Shown: positions 11,717-23,191, numbered from the stretch's first letter. The stretch: DNA of 27,219 bases from Macrostomum lignano (GCA_002269645.1 NIVC01000654.1:433220-460438); one strand, 5' to 3'. Translations and numbers: made by a program. The notes: a model not told the origin generated them from the letters alone.

Positions 11717-11950
11717 TGAGTCTTCCAGGTTATTGCCTGTTGGGATGTAATTTGATGAGTTGGCTTTTGCTTCATATTTCAGCTCGTATAAATTATATTA
11801 GAACATATTCATATACTGACGTTTAATGCTAATGCAATGTCAAAGCATGACTGGGTATTAGATAATTTTGCATTTTTAGGATATATTCAAGATTATGATG
11901 TACTTGAGAATATTATCTTAGGATAATTTTTAAGTTTTGATATATTTCAC

Positions 11951-12165
11951 ATCATTGGAATATTTGAAATCACTGGGATATCTGAAATCACTGGGATATC
12001 TGAGATCACTGAGATATCTGAGATCACTGGGATATCTGAGATCACTGAGATATCTGAGATCACTGGGATATCTGAGATCACTGAGATATCTGAGATCCCT
12101 GGGATGCTTGAAATCACTGGGATATCTGAGATCACTGGGATATCTAAAACCACTGGGATACTTGA
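11951..12165. repeat. 18-bp minisatellite TGA(A/G)ATCACTG(G/A)GATATC in Rab14 intron 1
   Basis: About 11-12 tandem copies. Confidence 0.93.
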
Positions 12166-12256
12166 GCTAATTGAGAGAGTTAAAACACTGATATTTAAGA
12201 TCATTAGGATTGATGTTAGACAAACACCTGGTTGGCTAGGAATGAAATATTATTAA

Positions 12257-12625
<369 letters not shown>

Positions 12626-12665
12626 TAAGTTACTCTGCAGTGAGAATAGGTGTTGAGATTTTAGA

Positions 12666-14555
12666 GTTTTAAGCAGCCATAATCAGCTGATTAATTGAGC
12701 AAAACTATTGGCAGTTTTGAGCAGCCACAATCAGCTGATTAATTGAACAGAACTATTGGCAGTTTTGAGCAGCCACAATCAGCTGATTAATTGAGCAGAA
12801 CTATTGGCAGTTTTGAGCAGCCATAATCAGCTGATTAATTGAACAGAACTATTGGCAGTTTTGAGCAGCCATCCCACAATCAGCTGATTAATTGAGCAGA
12901 ACTATTGGCAGTTTTGAGCAGCCATCCCACAATCAGCTGATTAATTGAACAGAACTATTGGCAGTTTTGAGCAGCCACAATCAGCTGATTAATTGAGCAG
13001 AACTATTGGCAGTTTTGAGCAGCCATAATCAGCTGATTAATTGAACAGAACTATTGGCAGTTTTGAGCAGCCATCCCACAATCAGCTGATTAATTGAGCA
13101 GAACTATTGGCAGTTTTGAGCAGCCACAATCAGCTGATTAATTGAACAGAACTATTGGCAGTTTTGAGCAGCCATCCCACAATCAGCTGATTAATTGAAC
13201 AGAACTATTGGCAGTTTTGAGCAGCCACAATCAGCTGATTAATTGAACAGAACTATTGGCAGTTTTGAGCAGCCATCCCACAATCAGCTGATTAATTGAG
13301 CAGAACTATTGGCAGTTTTGAGCAGCCACAATCAGCTGATTAATTGAACAGAACTATTGGCAGTTTTGAGCAGCCATCCCACAATCAGCTGATTAATTGA
13401 GCAGAACTATTGGCAGTTTTGAGCAGCCATAATCAGCTGATTAATTGAGCAGAACTATTGGCAGTTTTGAGCAGCCACAATCAGCTGATTAATTGAACAG
13501 AACTATTGGCAGTTTTGAGCAGCCATAATCAGCTGATTAATTGAGCAGAACTATTGGCAGTTTTGAGCAGCCACAATCAGCTGATTAATTGAACAGAACT
13601 ATTGGCAGTTTTGAGCAGCCATCCCACAATCAGCTGATTAATTGAGCAGAACTATTGGCAGTTTTGAGTAGCCATCCCACAATCAGCTGATTAATTGAGC
13701 AGAACTATTGGCAGTTTTGAGCAGCCACAATCAGCTGATTAATTGAACAGAACTATTGGCAGTTTTGAGCAGCCATCCCACAATCAGCTGATTAATTGAG
13801 CAGAACTATTGGCAGTTTTGAGCAGCCACAATCAGCTGATTAATTGAACAGAACTATTGGCAGTTTTGAGCAGCCATCCCACAATCAGCTGATTAATTGA
13901 GCAGAACTATTGGCAGTTTTGAGCAGCCACAATCAGCTGATTAATTGAACAGAACTATTGGCAGTTTTGAGCAGCCATAATCAGCTGATTAATTGAACAG
14001 AACTATTGGCAGTTTTGAGCAGCCATAATCAGCTGATTAAATGCGCAGAACTATTGGCAGTTTTGAGCAGCCATCCCACAATCAGCTGATTAATTGAACA
14101 GAACTATTGGCAGTTTTGAGCAGCCATAATCAGCTGATTAATTGAACAGAACTATTGGCAGTTTTGAGCAGCCATAATCAGCTGATTAATTGAACAGAAC
14201 TATTGGCAGTTTTGAGCAGCCATAATCAGCTGATTAATTGAACAGAACTATTGGCAGTTTTGAGCAGCCATAATCAGCTGATTAATTGAGCAGAACTATT
14301 GGCAGTTTTGAGCAGCCATAATCAGCTGATTAATTGAACAGAACTATTGGCAGTTTTGAGCAGCCATAATCAGCTGATTAATTGAACAGAACTATTGGCA
14401 GTTTTGAGCAGCCATAATCAGCTGATTAATTGAACAGAACTATTGGCAGTTTTGAGCAGCCATAATCAGCTGATTAATTGAACAGAACTATTGGCAGTTT
14501 TGAGCAGCCATAATCAGCTGATTAATTGAGCAGAACTATTGGCAGTTTTGAGCAG
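12666..14555. repeat. 48/53-bp minisatellite filling Rab14 intron 2, about 38 copies
   Basis: Unit CAGCTGATTAATTGA(G/A)CAGAACTATTGGCAGTTTTGAGCAGCCA(C/T)AAT; the 53-bp variant reads GCCATCCCACAAT. Confidence 0.97.
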
Positions 14556-14670
14556 TTCGATATTCATTTAAACGCAAACATTTGAATGTACATTAGAATA
14601 CATGCATATAATTGTTAGTCGGTCATCTATAAATCGTAAATGCAAAGCGACTTCAATGTCTAACTTTCAG

Positions 14671-14767
14671 TCTGGACTTGAACTCAGCCGAAGGTGTGAC
14701 TCCGAAACCGAACTCTGCTGGTGGCGCCGCACCAAAGGCGGAGGGCCGATCGGACTGTGCCTGTTGA
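14671..14767 (+). CDS. Rab14: Rab14 coding exon 3 (hypervariable tail and prenylation signal)
   Basis: Acceptor CTTTCAG|T. The spliced frame reads ...NG-V-LDLNSAEGVTPKPNSAGGAAPKAEGRSDCAC-TGA, with the Rab14 LDLN motif and a C-x-C end. Total CDS 636 nt, 211 aa. Absent from the ORF track. Confidence 0.93.
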
Positions 14768-15433
14768 AAAATTATTGTAAGGCTTCTGGCCGGTCTTTTA
14801 GTACCGACATTCAGTTTCCCTTACCCTACTGACCTTCTACTGACTAGACAAGCCCCTCTGTTTTTACTTTTTGATTAATTACTTGATTGTTCAAGATCTG
14901 TTGTCATCGCTAATTATATTAGTAAGTTTGATGATGATAACTACATGTATTGAATATCAACAGGATGAATTTTTGTTCTAAGAACATTCATGCGCAACAT
15001 CCGGTCAACTAGCGAGTACTAATTAGATGCCGAGGTATTTAACCTTAATAATACAGTCATAGTTACTCCTACCGTTTACATTCAATAACGTTTATTTCGC
15101 TTAGGTTTTTTTCTTAGGTTACATTTTTAGTTAAGAAGTAAGTCCCACGGCTGGTGTAAATCAGGTTGTTGCGCATGTATGTCTAAGAATAATTACCGTA
15201 GATAATAATGCAACCAAATATGTTCAGTTAACTGTGTTACCCGTATTGTTGTTTTATTTTAATATGCTTTCCTGTCTATTCTATTGTAACTTTTTGTCCT
15301 TACAGACATTCTTTTTGTCTATGTTGCTTCTGTCTATTTGATCCAAGTAGTTTATATAGTTATCGGGGGGGGGGTATTTAGTTTATTAGTACATCCGCAT
15401 AAAGTACATATCATCATTACGAGCGTATTATTA

Positions 15434-15472
15434 AATAAACAAAAATTGATTACACAGAGGCATGCCAATAAA
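15434..15472 (+). promoter_or_regulatory. Candidate Rab14 polyadenylation signals
   Basis: AATAAA at 15434-15439 and 15467-15472, about 0.7 kb after the stop codon. Confidence 0.35.
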
Positions 15473-16995
15473 CCTGTTCGCTTTGCACTGTGATTTTACA
15501 TATTGCATAACTGATGACGATATTGAAACGTCATTTTCGTCATCACATTATCGACCAACAAGTTAAACGATACTGCTTATTATAACTTTTCATATTCCAT
15601 AATAGTTTTCACACTTTCAGTAGTAATGCAGTGTTGTCGTCTTGTAATTTTTTTAATTTTCAAACTGCATAGATTAGTTGTCTAGTTAGTTTTCCTAACT
15701 CCCCTTCGTGTTCCTTCTTTGAGTTTCTCTTGACAGAAAAAGTAACAATTTTGATTATTGCGATTTTTAATCTGCATTGGTGGAAATGCTCTGAATTATA
15801 ACCTTTTTAATATTGATAGCACTGGCTCCTGATTCATTATAATTCCTTATTGACAGCCCTGCAGTTTCAATAATATTTCCAAATGGTTTCTTTCTATGTA
15901 CTTTATTATATTTGCTTGCGTTTCTGTTTAATCGGCTGGTCAAAGTACATATATTTAATATTCTAATGCATATATACCTATTACTCAGAATTCGTGAATT
16001 AAAATAATGTCTTTTTATACTTGAAATACTTTTGATCCGTGTTTTAACTCTCAACCTTCTCTCTGTTCTGAGTGTGCATCAGTAATCTGTGCAGTTTTCT
16101 CTTTGATGTCGAGCCTCCCATACTACCGCATACTACTGGTAGTGGTGGTCATGCTTATATACTACTGACTACTGATACTACTGTCGCTACGATAATAATT
16201 ATAAAACAAGTGAATTTTTTTGAATTTGGATTCAAGAATTCTGGAAGTTTGTGTTTCACTTCGTAGATCAAGTTATAACAAAATTCATCTGATCTGCGAG
16301 TTCTTGGCGCACAAATAAAAATTTAATATTAGCGGCTGTTGCCTCTTTTGTGTTTTTTTTCGGCACACAAGACAATAAGTATAGTTGGAAGACTATTTAA
16401 AAAAACCTTTAGGTGTCGGTTAGCTACTCATAGTAAAAAAGATAGTTAGTTGTTAGATTATTAGGTAAAAATGTAGTAAACATTGATTCACTCCTCAGTA
16501 TAAGCAAAGTACATAATGTACCAATATTATCTGATTAAGCAAGATGCACTCTGTTCCAGACCAATAATAGTTTCATGTCTGTGCTCAATTTTTTAATCTT
16601 GCAACATAACAAATAGCTTGTGCCAGATCTAGCTTTTCTGTGCCTGTTGCAGAAGAATAACTTCTGCAGCATTTTTGGCAAGCTACATTATAATTACTAA
16701 TGTTCATATGATTTCAGCGAGTAGAAGTTGCTAGTATTGAAAAATTTCATATTTGTAATATAAATCAAAATGCAAGATGCACTCTGTTCCAGACTCATTA
16801 TTATAATGTCTGCGCTCAATTTTTAAATCTTGCAAAAGTACATTGTGCTCTCTTAGGCAAAAAGTACACATTACTGCACAATTTCCTAGTAATGTGTTGT
16901 ACATTTTGAGAGCTACATATGAAAGAATTAAATGAACTGAAAGCAGTTGAATAATTATAAAACCTTGTACATTCTATTGTTTCAAGAACTCTGTC

Positions 16996-17918
16996 ATAGT
17001 GAAGGTAATTAGCTTCGATATCATTGAGCACTCGAGTGTATAGATAGTGAAGGTAATTAGCTTCGATATCATTGAGCACTCGGGTATATAGATAGTGAAG
17101 GTAATTAGCTTCGATATCATTGAGCACTCGAGTGTATAGATAGTGAAGGTAATTAGCTCCGATATCATTAAGCACTCGGGTATATAGATAGTGAAGGTAA
17201 TTAGCTCCGATATCATTAAGCACTCAGGTATATAGATAGTGAAGGTAATTAGCTCCGATATCATTAAGCATTCGGGTATATAGATAGTGAAGGTAATTAG
17301 CTTCGATATCATTAAGCATTCGGGTATATAGATAGTGAAGGTAATTAGCTCCGATATCATTAAGCACTCGAGTGTATATATAGTGAAGGTAATTAGCTTC
17401 GATATCATTAAGCACTCGAGTGTATATATAGTGAAGGTAATTAGCTTCGATATCATTAAGCACTCAGGTATATAGATAGTGAAGGTAATTAGCTTCGATA
17501 TCATTAAGCACTCGAGTGTATAGATAGTGAAGGTAATTAGCTTCGATATCATTGAGCACTCGAGTGTATAGATAGTGAAGGTAATTAGCTTCGATATCAT
17601 TGAGCATTCAAGAATATAGATAGTGAAGGTAATTAGCTCCGATATCATTGAGCATTCAAGAATATAGATAGTGAAGGTAATTAGCTCCGATATCATTAAG
17701 CATTCAAGAATATAGATAGTGAAGGTAATTAGCTCCGATATCATTAAGCACTCGGGTATATAGATAGTGAAGGTAATTAGCTCCGATATCATTAAGCATT
17801 CGGGTATATAGATAGTGAAGGTAATTAGCTCCGATATCATTAAGCATTCAGGTATATAGATAGTGAAGGTAATTAGCTCCGATATCATTAAGCACTCGGG
17901 TATATAGATAGCGAGGTA
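16996..17918. repeat. 48-bp minisatellite just upstream of EXD3, about 19 copies
   Basis: Unit TAGATAGTGAAGGTAATTAGCT(T/C)CGATATCATT(G/A)AGCACTCG(A/G)GT(G/A)TA. Confidence 0.97.
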
Positions 17919-17987
17919 AAAAGTTATACAGATTCCCTTATGAGCAAGGCACCTGCTCGTTATTTCAGCCAGTTCGAGCTATCAATC

Positions 17988-18374
17988 ATGTCTAGTCGAT
18001 TTGTATGCGACGCCGGAGACGACTCAGACGAGTATTATTACGAATCAGATTCGGACGATGATTACTGCGGTCGATTGGTGCCGCAGCAGCATGGAGTCGC
18101 CTCCAGCTCAAGCTGGCAATCCAGACTGGCCTATGTGCCGAAATACCGCGGCGGTTTCAGCGGCGCAGGAATCACCCGAGTTGACGACTCAACCACAAAG
18201 CAGCCGACCTCGCGAGCCGGCGTATCAGCCGACGAGATGAGAGCGGCAAGGGAGCGAGCCAGAAATCTGCTGTCGGATTTGGACGAATCCGCTCGAAGGA
18301 CAGCCTATGCCGAGCCAATCTCCAGGGACTGGATGCAGGAGGCTGAGGGATGGCGGCGACAGTTGGAGAATCAG
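17988..18374 (+). CDS. EXD3: EXD3/mut-7-like exonuclease, probable coding exon 1
   Basis: GC-rich open frame MSSRFVCDAGDDSDEYYYESDSDDD...WRRQLENQ. Donor CAG|GTTGGT, phase 0, matches the phase-0 exon at 23964. Alternative in-frame ATG at 17940. Assigned to EXD3 by splice compatibility, not homology. Confidence 0.65.
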
Positions 18375-18427
18375 GTTGGTGCTGGGATGCCAATGAGGAC
18401 TTATTGTACGATTATTGAACTCCCGTA

Positions 18428-18860
18428 TTGAGATCCCGTATGTCATAGATTGAGATCCCATCTGTCATAGATTGAGATCCCATCTGTCATAGATTGAGAT
18501 CCCATCTGTCATAGATTGAGATCCCATCTGTCATACATTGAGATCCCATCTGTCATACATTGAGATCCCATCTGTCATAGATTGAGATCCCATCTGTCAT
18601 AGATTGAGATCCCGTCCGGCAAAGATTGAGATCCCATCCGGCACAGATTAAGATCCCATCCGGCAAAGATTGAGATCACATCCGGCACAGATTGAGATCC
18701 TATCCGGCACAGATTGAGATCCCATCCGGCACAGATTGAGATCCCATCTGTCACAGATTGAGATCCTATCTGTCATAGATTGAGATCCCATCTGTCATAG
18801 ATTTTGAGATCCCATCTGTCACAAATTGAGATCCCATCCGGCACAGATTGAGATCCCATC
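18428..18860. repeat. 22-bp minisatellite ATTGAGATCCCATC(TGTCATAG/CGGCACAG), left part
   Basis: Tandem copies up to the LTR; the same array resumes at 23431. Confidence 0.96.
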
Positions 18861-19057
18861 TGTAAAGTCTCAAGGCCGCGTGTTAAGCTGAGCGAGAAAA
18901 TCAAGCATGGGGCCCTAACTGGCCAGGTTAGCGATATATATATTTGAGGTTTTACGCGTACGGCGTACATGACTCATGCGACACAAGATGTACATTTATA
19001 ATATAACTCACTCGCCTATTTAGAACAAATTGATAATAATATTGCGAGGCAATTACA
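18861..19057 (-). repeat. 3' LTR, 197 bp
   Basis: Identical by eye to 23229-23430 except for lacking CAGTA. Confidence 0.96.
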
Positions 19058-19066
19058 CTTCTCCCC
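19058..19066 (-). other. Polypurine tract GGGGAGAAG
   Basis: Directly abuts the 3' LTR on the element strand. Confidence 0.85.
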
Positions 19067-19180
19067 AAAAAACGAAAAAGCTCAAAAATGCGGATTAAAA
19101 GGATAAGGAAAAAGGAATAAAACATTAAGGGTAAAAAACACTTGTCTCAGCCCTTAGCACCAGTTACCCGTCAAAACCCG

Positions 19181-22100
19181 TCAAACTCTGTAGCTGATAG
19201 GCTTGTCCTTGGCCGCTCTCGGGTGCGGCCTCTCAGCAATGCCGCGCTCCGGCGAGGCGGCGCCGGCGTCCGCTTCTGGTGGTGGGTCCTCGGTCGCTGT
19301 CAGAGGCCGGATGTGCGTCAGGTGGCGAGTGCATGTCCGGTCGCCTTGCCGCAGGACGTAGGAATCGCCTCGCCTGTCGGTGACGGTCCAGGGTTCGAGC
19401 TCGAAAGGCGTTTGAATTTTCGTGCGTCTCGTCCGCTTGCGAAGAACCGCCGAACCCGGCTTGACATTGGCTGCCTTGGCCCTCCTGGAGCGGTTGAAAC
19501 CTGCTGCCATCTGGTTGTTGTAGGCCTCGTGGCGCTTTGCGAGTTCGGCGCGGTCGTGCTGCACAGGCTGCGATGGTTGGATTGACGGGAGGCCGTCGTT
19601 GAGAGCTCGGCCCATGAGCAGTTCGGCTGGTGCCACGCCGGTTGCCGAGTGCGGAGTGACGCGATGAGCGAGCAGCCAGTCGTCGAGCGTGGTGCGCCAG
19701 TTGCGTCCTTCTGCGATGGCCGCTCTGATGACCTTGTTGATGCACCTGTTGACTCGCTCGGTCGCTCCGTTCGCCTCGGGGTGCAGCGGACAGATCCGGC
19801 GATGCTTGATGCCGAACTCTGAGAGGAAGTTTGTGAATTCTGCCGAGTTAAACGGAGGTCCATTGTCGCTGACGATTTCCAACGGGATGCCGTATCTGCT
19901 AAACAGAGTCCGGAGATGCGGAAGCACTGCCTCTGCTGATGTTGAGCTGACTATGTCGACCTCGGGAAATTTTGAAAACAGATCGGTTGTCACCAGGAGC
20001 ATTTTCCCTTGGACTGGGCCGTAAAAGTCCATTCCAAGAACCAGCCATGCTCCGTCCGGAAGTTGCGACGGTGAGAGTGGTGGCGGTGCGAGGCTCTTCG
20101 GCGATGTCGCTTGGCAGGGAAGGCAAGACTGGACGAACGCCTGGCAGTCGCTTCTCATCGCTGGCCACCAGACTTTGGTTTGCAGTCTGTCCATAGTTTT
20201 TCGGCAGCATTGGTGGCCTGCATGTGCCAGCTGGAGCACCGTCCGACGTAAGCTGCTCGGGATCACGATCAACGAGCTCCGTAGTAGCACGCCGTCATGT
20301 TCTGAAAGCTCCTGCTGCAGGCAGGACAAGGCTCGCAGTTCTCTGTTCTGCTTGTCCCATTGGCCAGTTCGTAGAGCTGATAGAGCTGCTTGGATCGTGC
20401 CGTCTGACTTTGAAGCCTCCTGAATTGTTGCAAAGTTCAGTCCTTTCGGAGTAGAGCCGATGGCGACTGCGTTGATGAAGCGTCTGTCCAGGAGTTCCCC
20501 GGGGTTGTCCTTTGTCTGCATTTCAGGTTGTCTACTGAGGACATCCGCTGGATTCTGTGGCCCCGGCTGATAGATGAGCTTGAATTTGAGGTGCTGCACT
20601 CTTAAAGCCATCCGTTCAATCCTTGGTGGAGGCCTGGAACCAGGTTGAAAAAGCGGGACTAATGGGCGGTGATCCGTGATGACTGTGAGATCTGGGCAGC
20701 CGCTGAGGTAGTGCTCGAAACGTAGGCACCCGAATTTCACCGCAAGCGCCTCGCGTTCAATTTGGGCGTATCGCTGCTCAACTGGCGTGAGCGACCTGCT
20801 GGCGAAGGCGACCGGTTTGCGAACGCCTTTCTCATCCACCTGGCTGAGAATGGCACCCAGGCCGACTGGTGAGGCGTCCACATGAACTTCTGTTGGGAGA
20901 TTCACGTCAAAGAAGGCCAGGACGCTCTCCTTGCAGATCGCTGCTCTTGTTTGCAGGAATGCTTCTTGTTGCCTTTCTGACCAGCACCATTTATGACCTT
21001 TTTTTAACAGTTCTCGCATTGGCTGCGTCAGATCTGAGAAGTTCGGAACGAACCTGGACAGGTAGGTGGCCAAACCGAGGAATGAGCGCAGCTCTGACAC
21101 ATTTGTTGGCTCCTTAAAGTCTTTGACGGCCTTGATCTTCTCGGCTGCAGGCTGAACGCCTCGTGCGCTGATGCGCATACCAAGAAAATCGATGAAAGGC
21201 TGTGCCAGGCGACACTTGTTCGGGTTGAGTGTGATTCCATGGTCTTGTAGGCGCTTGAAGCACTGTTTTAGTCGGATGTTGTGCTCTTCCATCGTGCTCG
21301 CAAAGACGGTGATGTCATCGTGTGCCCATCGGACACCGTCAAGGCCGCTCAGGACGCCTGTCATAACCCTTTGCAATATCTCGGATGCGTTGGTGAATCC
21401 CATGCTGAGTCTGGTCAGTCGCATGAGACCCAGTGGGGTGCTGAAGGTGAAGACGTGACGGGATTTCGGTTTGACAAGAATTTGGTGGAAAGCCTTTACG
21501 ATGTCGAGCTCGCTGAATACCGTGGAACCCGCCATTTCGTCCGTGATCTCTTCAAAGGTTGGGATGGGCTGCTTTTCTGGCACGGCAAATGAGTTGACGT
21601 CGCGCAGGTCTTGGCAGATGCGGATGCCACCGCCTTCTTTCGGGACGACAACCATGCGGGAGACCCACGGTGACGGGCCGTTGACGCGCTCGATGATTCT
21701 TTGGTCGAGGAGAGCCTGAAGTTCCGCGATGACCGCCGACCGCTGGTGGACGGGAACTCTGGAGGGTGGGTGACAGACTGGGACAGCTTCTGGTCGAAGA
21801 CGAACGTCGACCTCGACGCCCTTAACGCAGCCAAGGCCTTCGAAGATTGACTGAAACTCACCAAGGATGCTGCTGATGCGGAGTTCGGTTGGAAGATCTT
21901 GGTCGACATCTCTGTACTTGGAGAACAGCTCTTGAATACCTGATGCGGCTAGATTTTCCGTGGGCTGCACCGAGTTGACTTCAACTGTTGGATGTTGGAT
22001 GTGCAGAATTCCCATGTTGAAAGCGGTTTCTCGACCGAGTAGTGTGGTTCCACAGCCTTTGGTGATGTAGAATGAAGCTAGTTGTCTGCTAGCTGCGGTG

Positions 22101-23191
22101 CTCACGTTGAGGTCAGCGACACCCAGGACTTGGAGAGGCGTTGTGGACCCGTAGCTGAAAATTGGATGGATGGCGCTGCGCAGTCGAACATTTCTTAGCC
22201 GCCGGAAGTTCTCCTCGCTCATGACGTTGCAACTGGCTCCACTACCCACGAGTACGATGAAGTCCTTGCCCTCGATCCTCAGATTAGTGTTGGCGGAGTT
22301 GCGTCTAGGTGCCGTTTTTTGCGACTGGATAGTGAAGGCCTCCTCATTTAGCGAATCGTGATCGATGAAGACCTCCTCAGCTTCTTTGTCCGCTACGGCG
22401 TTGATGCTGGAGCTTGTTTGAGGCCTGCGTTGTCTGCATGCTTTGGCGAGATGGTTTGGCTTGCCGCATGCCAGGCAGGTTTTGCCTTTTGCCGCGTTGC
22501 ATGAGCTGTGCCCGCGTTCGCCGCATCGATAGCAGCTGGTTGGGCCGCTGTTTGCTTGGCCGCCAGGGACCCGCTGACTGTTCGGGCGCGTTCCGCTGTC
22601 TCTGAACTGCTTCGGTGCCGCTCTGTGCACTGCTGCGATGCTACTGGAGTTCTCAATGGCCGTGGCCTGCTCTTCTGCTGCTTCAAACGCGCGCGCTTGT
22701 CTCAACGCATCGCCGAGAGAGATGTTGGACTCCTGCAGCAATCTTCGCCGAAGTTTATCGGAGCAGCATGTCGCCACTATCTGATCTCTGATTAGGGAGT
22801 CCTTGAGTGCTGAGAACTCGCATGTCTCGGCCGCTGAGTTGAGTCGGGAGTACCAGGAGTCCACTGGCTCTCCGGTTTGCTGAACGCATAGACGAAACTG
22901 ATAGCGGCCAAATACGATGTTGTTGCGCTCCTTGAAGTGCTCTTTTATTGCTGCGAGCAGAGTTTCGAGGCTGTCTTTCTTGTCATCTGGCAGGTCTTTA
23001 ATGATTTCCGCGATTTCTCTGCCGGCCGTGTAGGCCAGGAGCTTGCACTTCTGAGTTTCGTCTTTGATGCCTGACGCTTCGATAAAGTCACAAAAATGAT
23101 CGGACCATTTGTTCCAGCGTTTACCGGCATTCTGTTGATCTGCACTAGTGCTGAATTGCTCAGGGGGTGGCAGTGAGATGAATTGAGCCAT
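19181..23191 (-). CDS. Gag-Pol polyprotein; uninterrupted ORF but protease catalytic Asp replaced by Gly
   Basis: Gag from MAQFISLPPPEQF; knuckles CYRCGERGHSSC and CLACGKPNHLAKAC; PR LVGSGASCN; RT ELDIVKAFHQ...WAHDDITV; RNase H VDASPVGLG...QIEREAL...TDHRPL; integrase AHAGHQ...CLPC, GMDFYGP, VSDNGPPF, ANGATER. The frame stays open upstream to 23368, inside the LTR. Confidence 0.95.
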   Translation of the reverse strand: MAQFISLPPPEQFSTSADQQNAGKRWNKWSDHFCDFIEASGIKDETQKCKLLAYTAGREIAEIIKDLPDDKKDSLETLLAAIKEHFKERNNIVFGRYQFRLCVQQTGEPVDSWYSRLNSAAETCEFSALKDSLIRDQIVATCCSDKLRRRLLQESNISLGDALRQARAFEAAEEQATAIENSSSIAAVHRAAPKQFRDSGTRPNSQRVPGGQANSGPTSCYRCGERGHSSCNAAKGKTCLACGKPNHLAKACRQRRPQTSSSINAVADKEAEEVFIDHDSLNEEAFTIQSQKTAPRRNSANTNLRIEGKDFIVLVGSGASCNVMSEENFRRLRNVRLRSAIHPIFSYGSTTPLQVLGVADLNVSTAASRQLASFYITKGCGTTLLGRETAFNMGILHIQHPTVEVNSVQPTENLAASGIQELFSKYRDVDQDLPTELRISSILGEFQSIFEGLGCVKGVEVDVRLRPEAVPVCHPPSRVPVHQRSAVIAELQALLDQRIIERVNGPSPWVSRMVVVPKEGGGIRICQDLRDVNSFAVPEKQPIPTFEEITDEMAGSTVFSELDIVKAFHQILVKPKSRHVFTFSTPLGLMRLTRLSMGFTNASEILQRVMTGVLSGLDGVRWAHDDITVFASTMEEHNIRLKQCFKRLQDHGITLNPNKCRLAQPFIDFLGMRISARGVQPAAEKIKAVKDFKEPTNVSELRSFLGLATYLSRFVPNFSDLTQPMRELLKKGHKWCWSERQQEAFLQTRAAICKESVLAFFDVNLPTEVHVDASPVGLGAILSQVDEKGVRKPVAFASRSLTPVEQRYAQIEREALAVKFGCLRFEHYLSGCPDLTVITDHRPLVPLFQPGSRPPPRIERMALRVQHLKFKLIYQPGPQNPADVLSRQPEMQTKDNPGELLDRRFINAVAIGSTPKGLNFATIQEASKSDGTIQAALSALRTGQWDKQNRELRALSCLQQELSEHDGVLLRSSLIVIPSSLRRTVLQLAHAGHQCCRKTMDRLQTKVWWPAMRSDCQAFVQSCLPCQATSPKSLAPPPLSPSQLPDGAWLVLGMDFYGPVQGKMLLVTTDLFSKFPEVDIVSSTSAEAVLPHLRTLFSRYGIPLEIVSDNGPPFNSAEFTNFLSEFGIKHRRICPLHPEANGATERVNRCINKVIRAAIAEGRNWRTTLDDWLLAHRVTPHSATGVAPAELLMGRALNDGLPSIQPSQPVQHDRAELAKRHEAYNNQMAAGFNRSRRAKAANVKPGSAVLRKRTRRTKIQTPFELEPWTVTDRRGDSYVLRQGDRTCTRHLTHIRPLTATEDPPPEADAGAASPERGIAERPHPRAAKDKPISYRV

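Noticed and set aside
12666-14555. CRISPR-like appearance (regular palindromic repeats)
   Set aside because: No unique spacers, no cas genes, and the array lies in a eukaryotic intron.
15767-16266. 95-aa and 64-aa ORFs in AT-rich intergenic DNA
   Set aside because: No motifs, AT-rich codons, no consistent splice pattern.
16816-17888. 304-aa ISELITFTIY-repeat ORF and neighbours
   Set aside because: 48-bp unit divisible by three; variation shows no codon-position bias that I can see.
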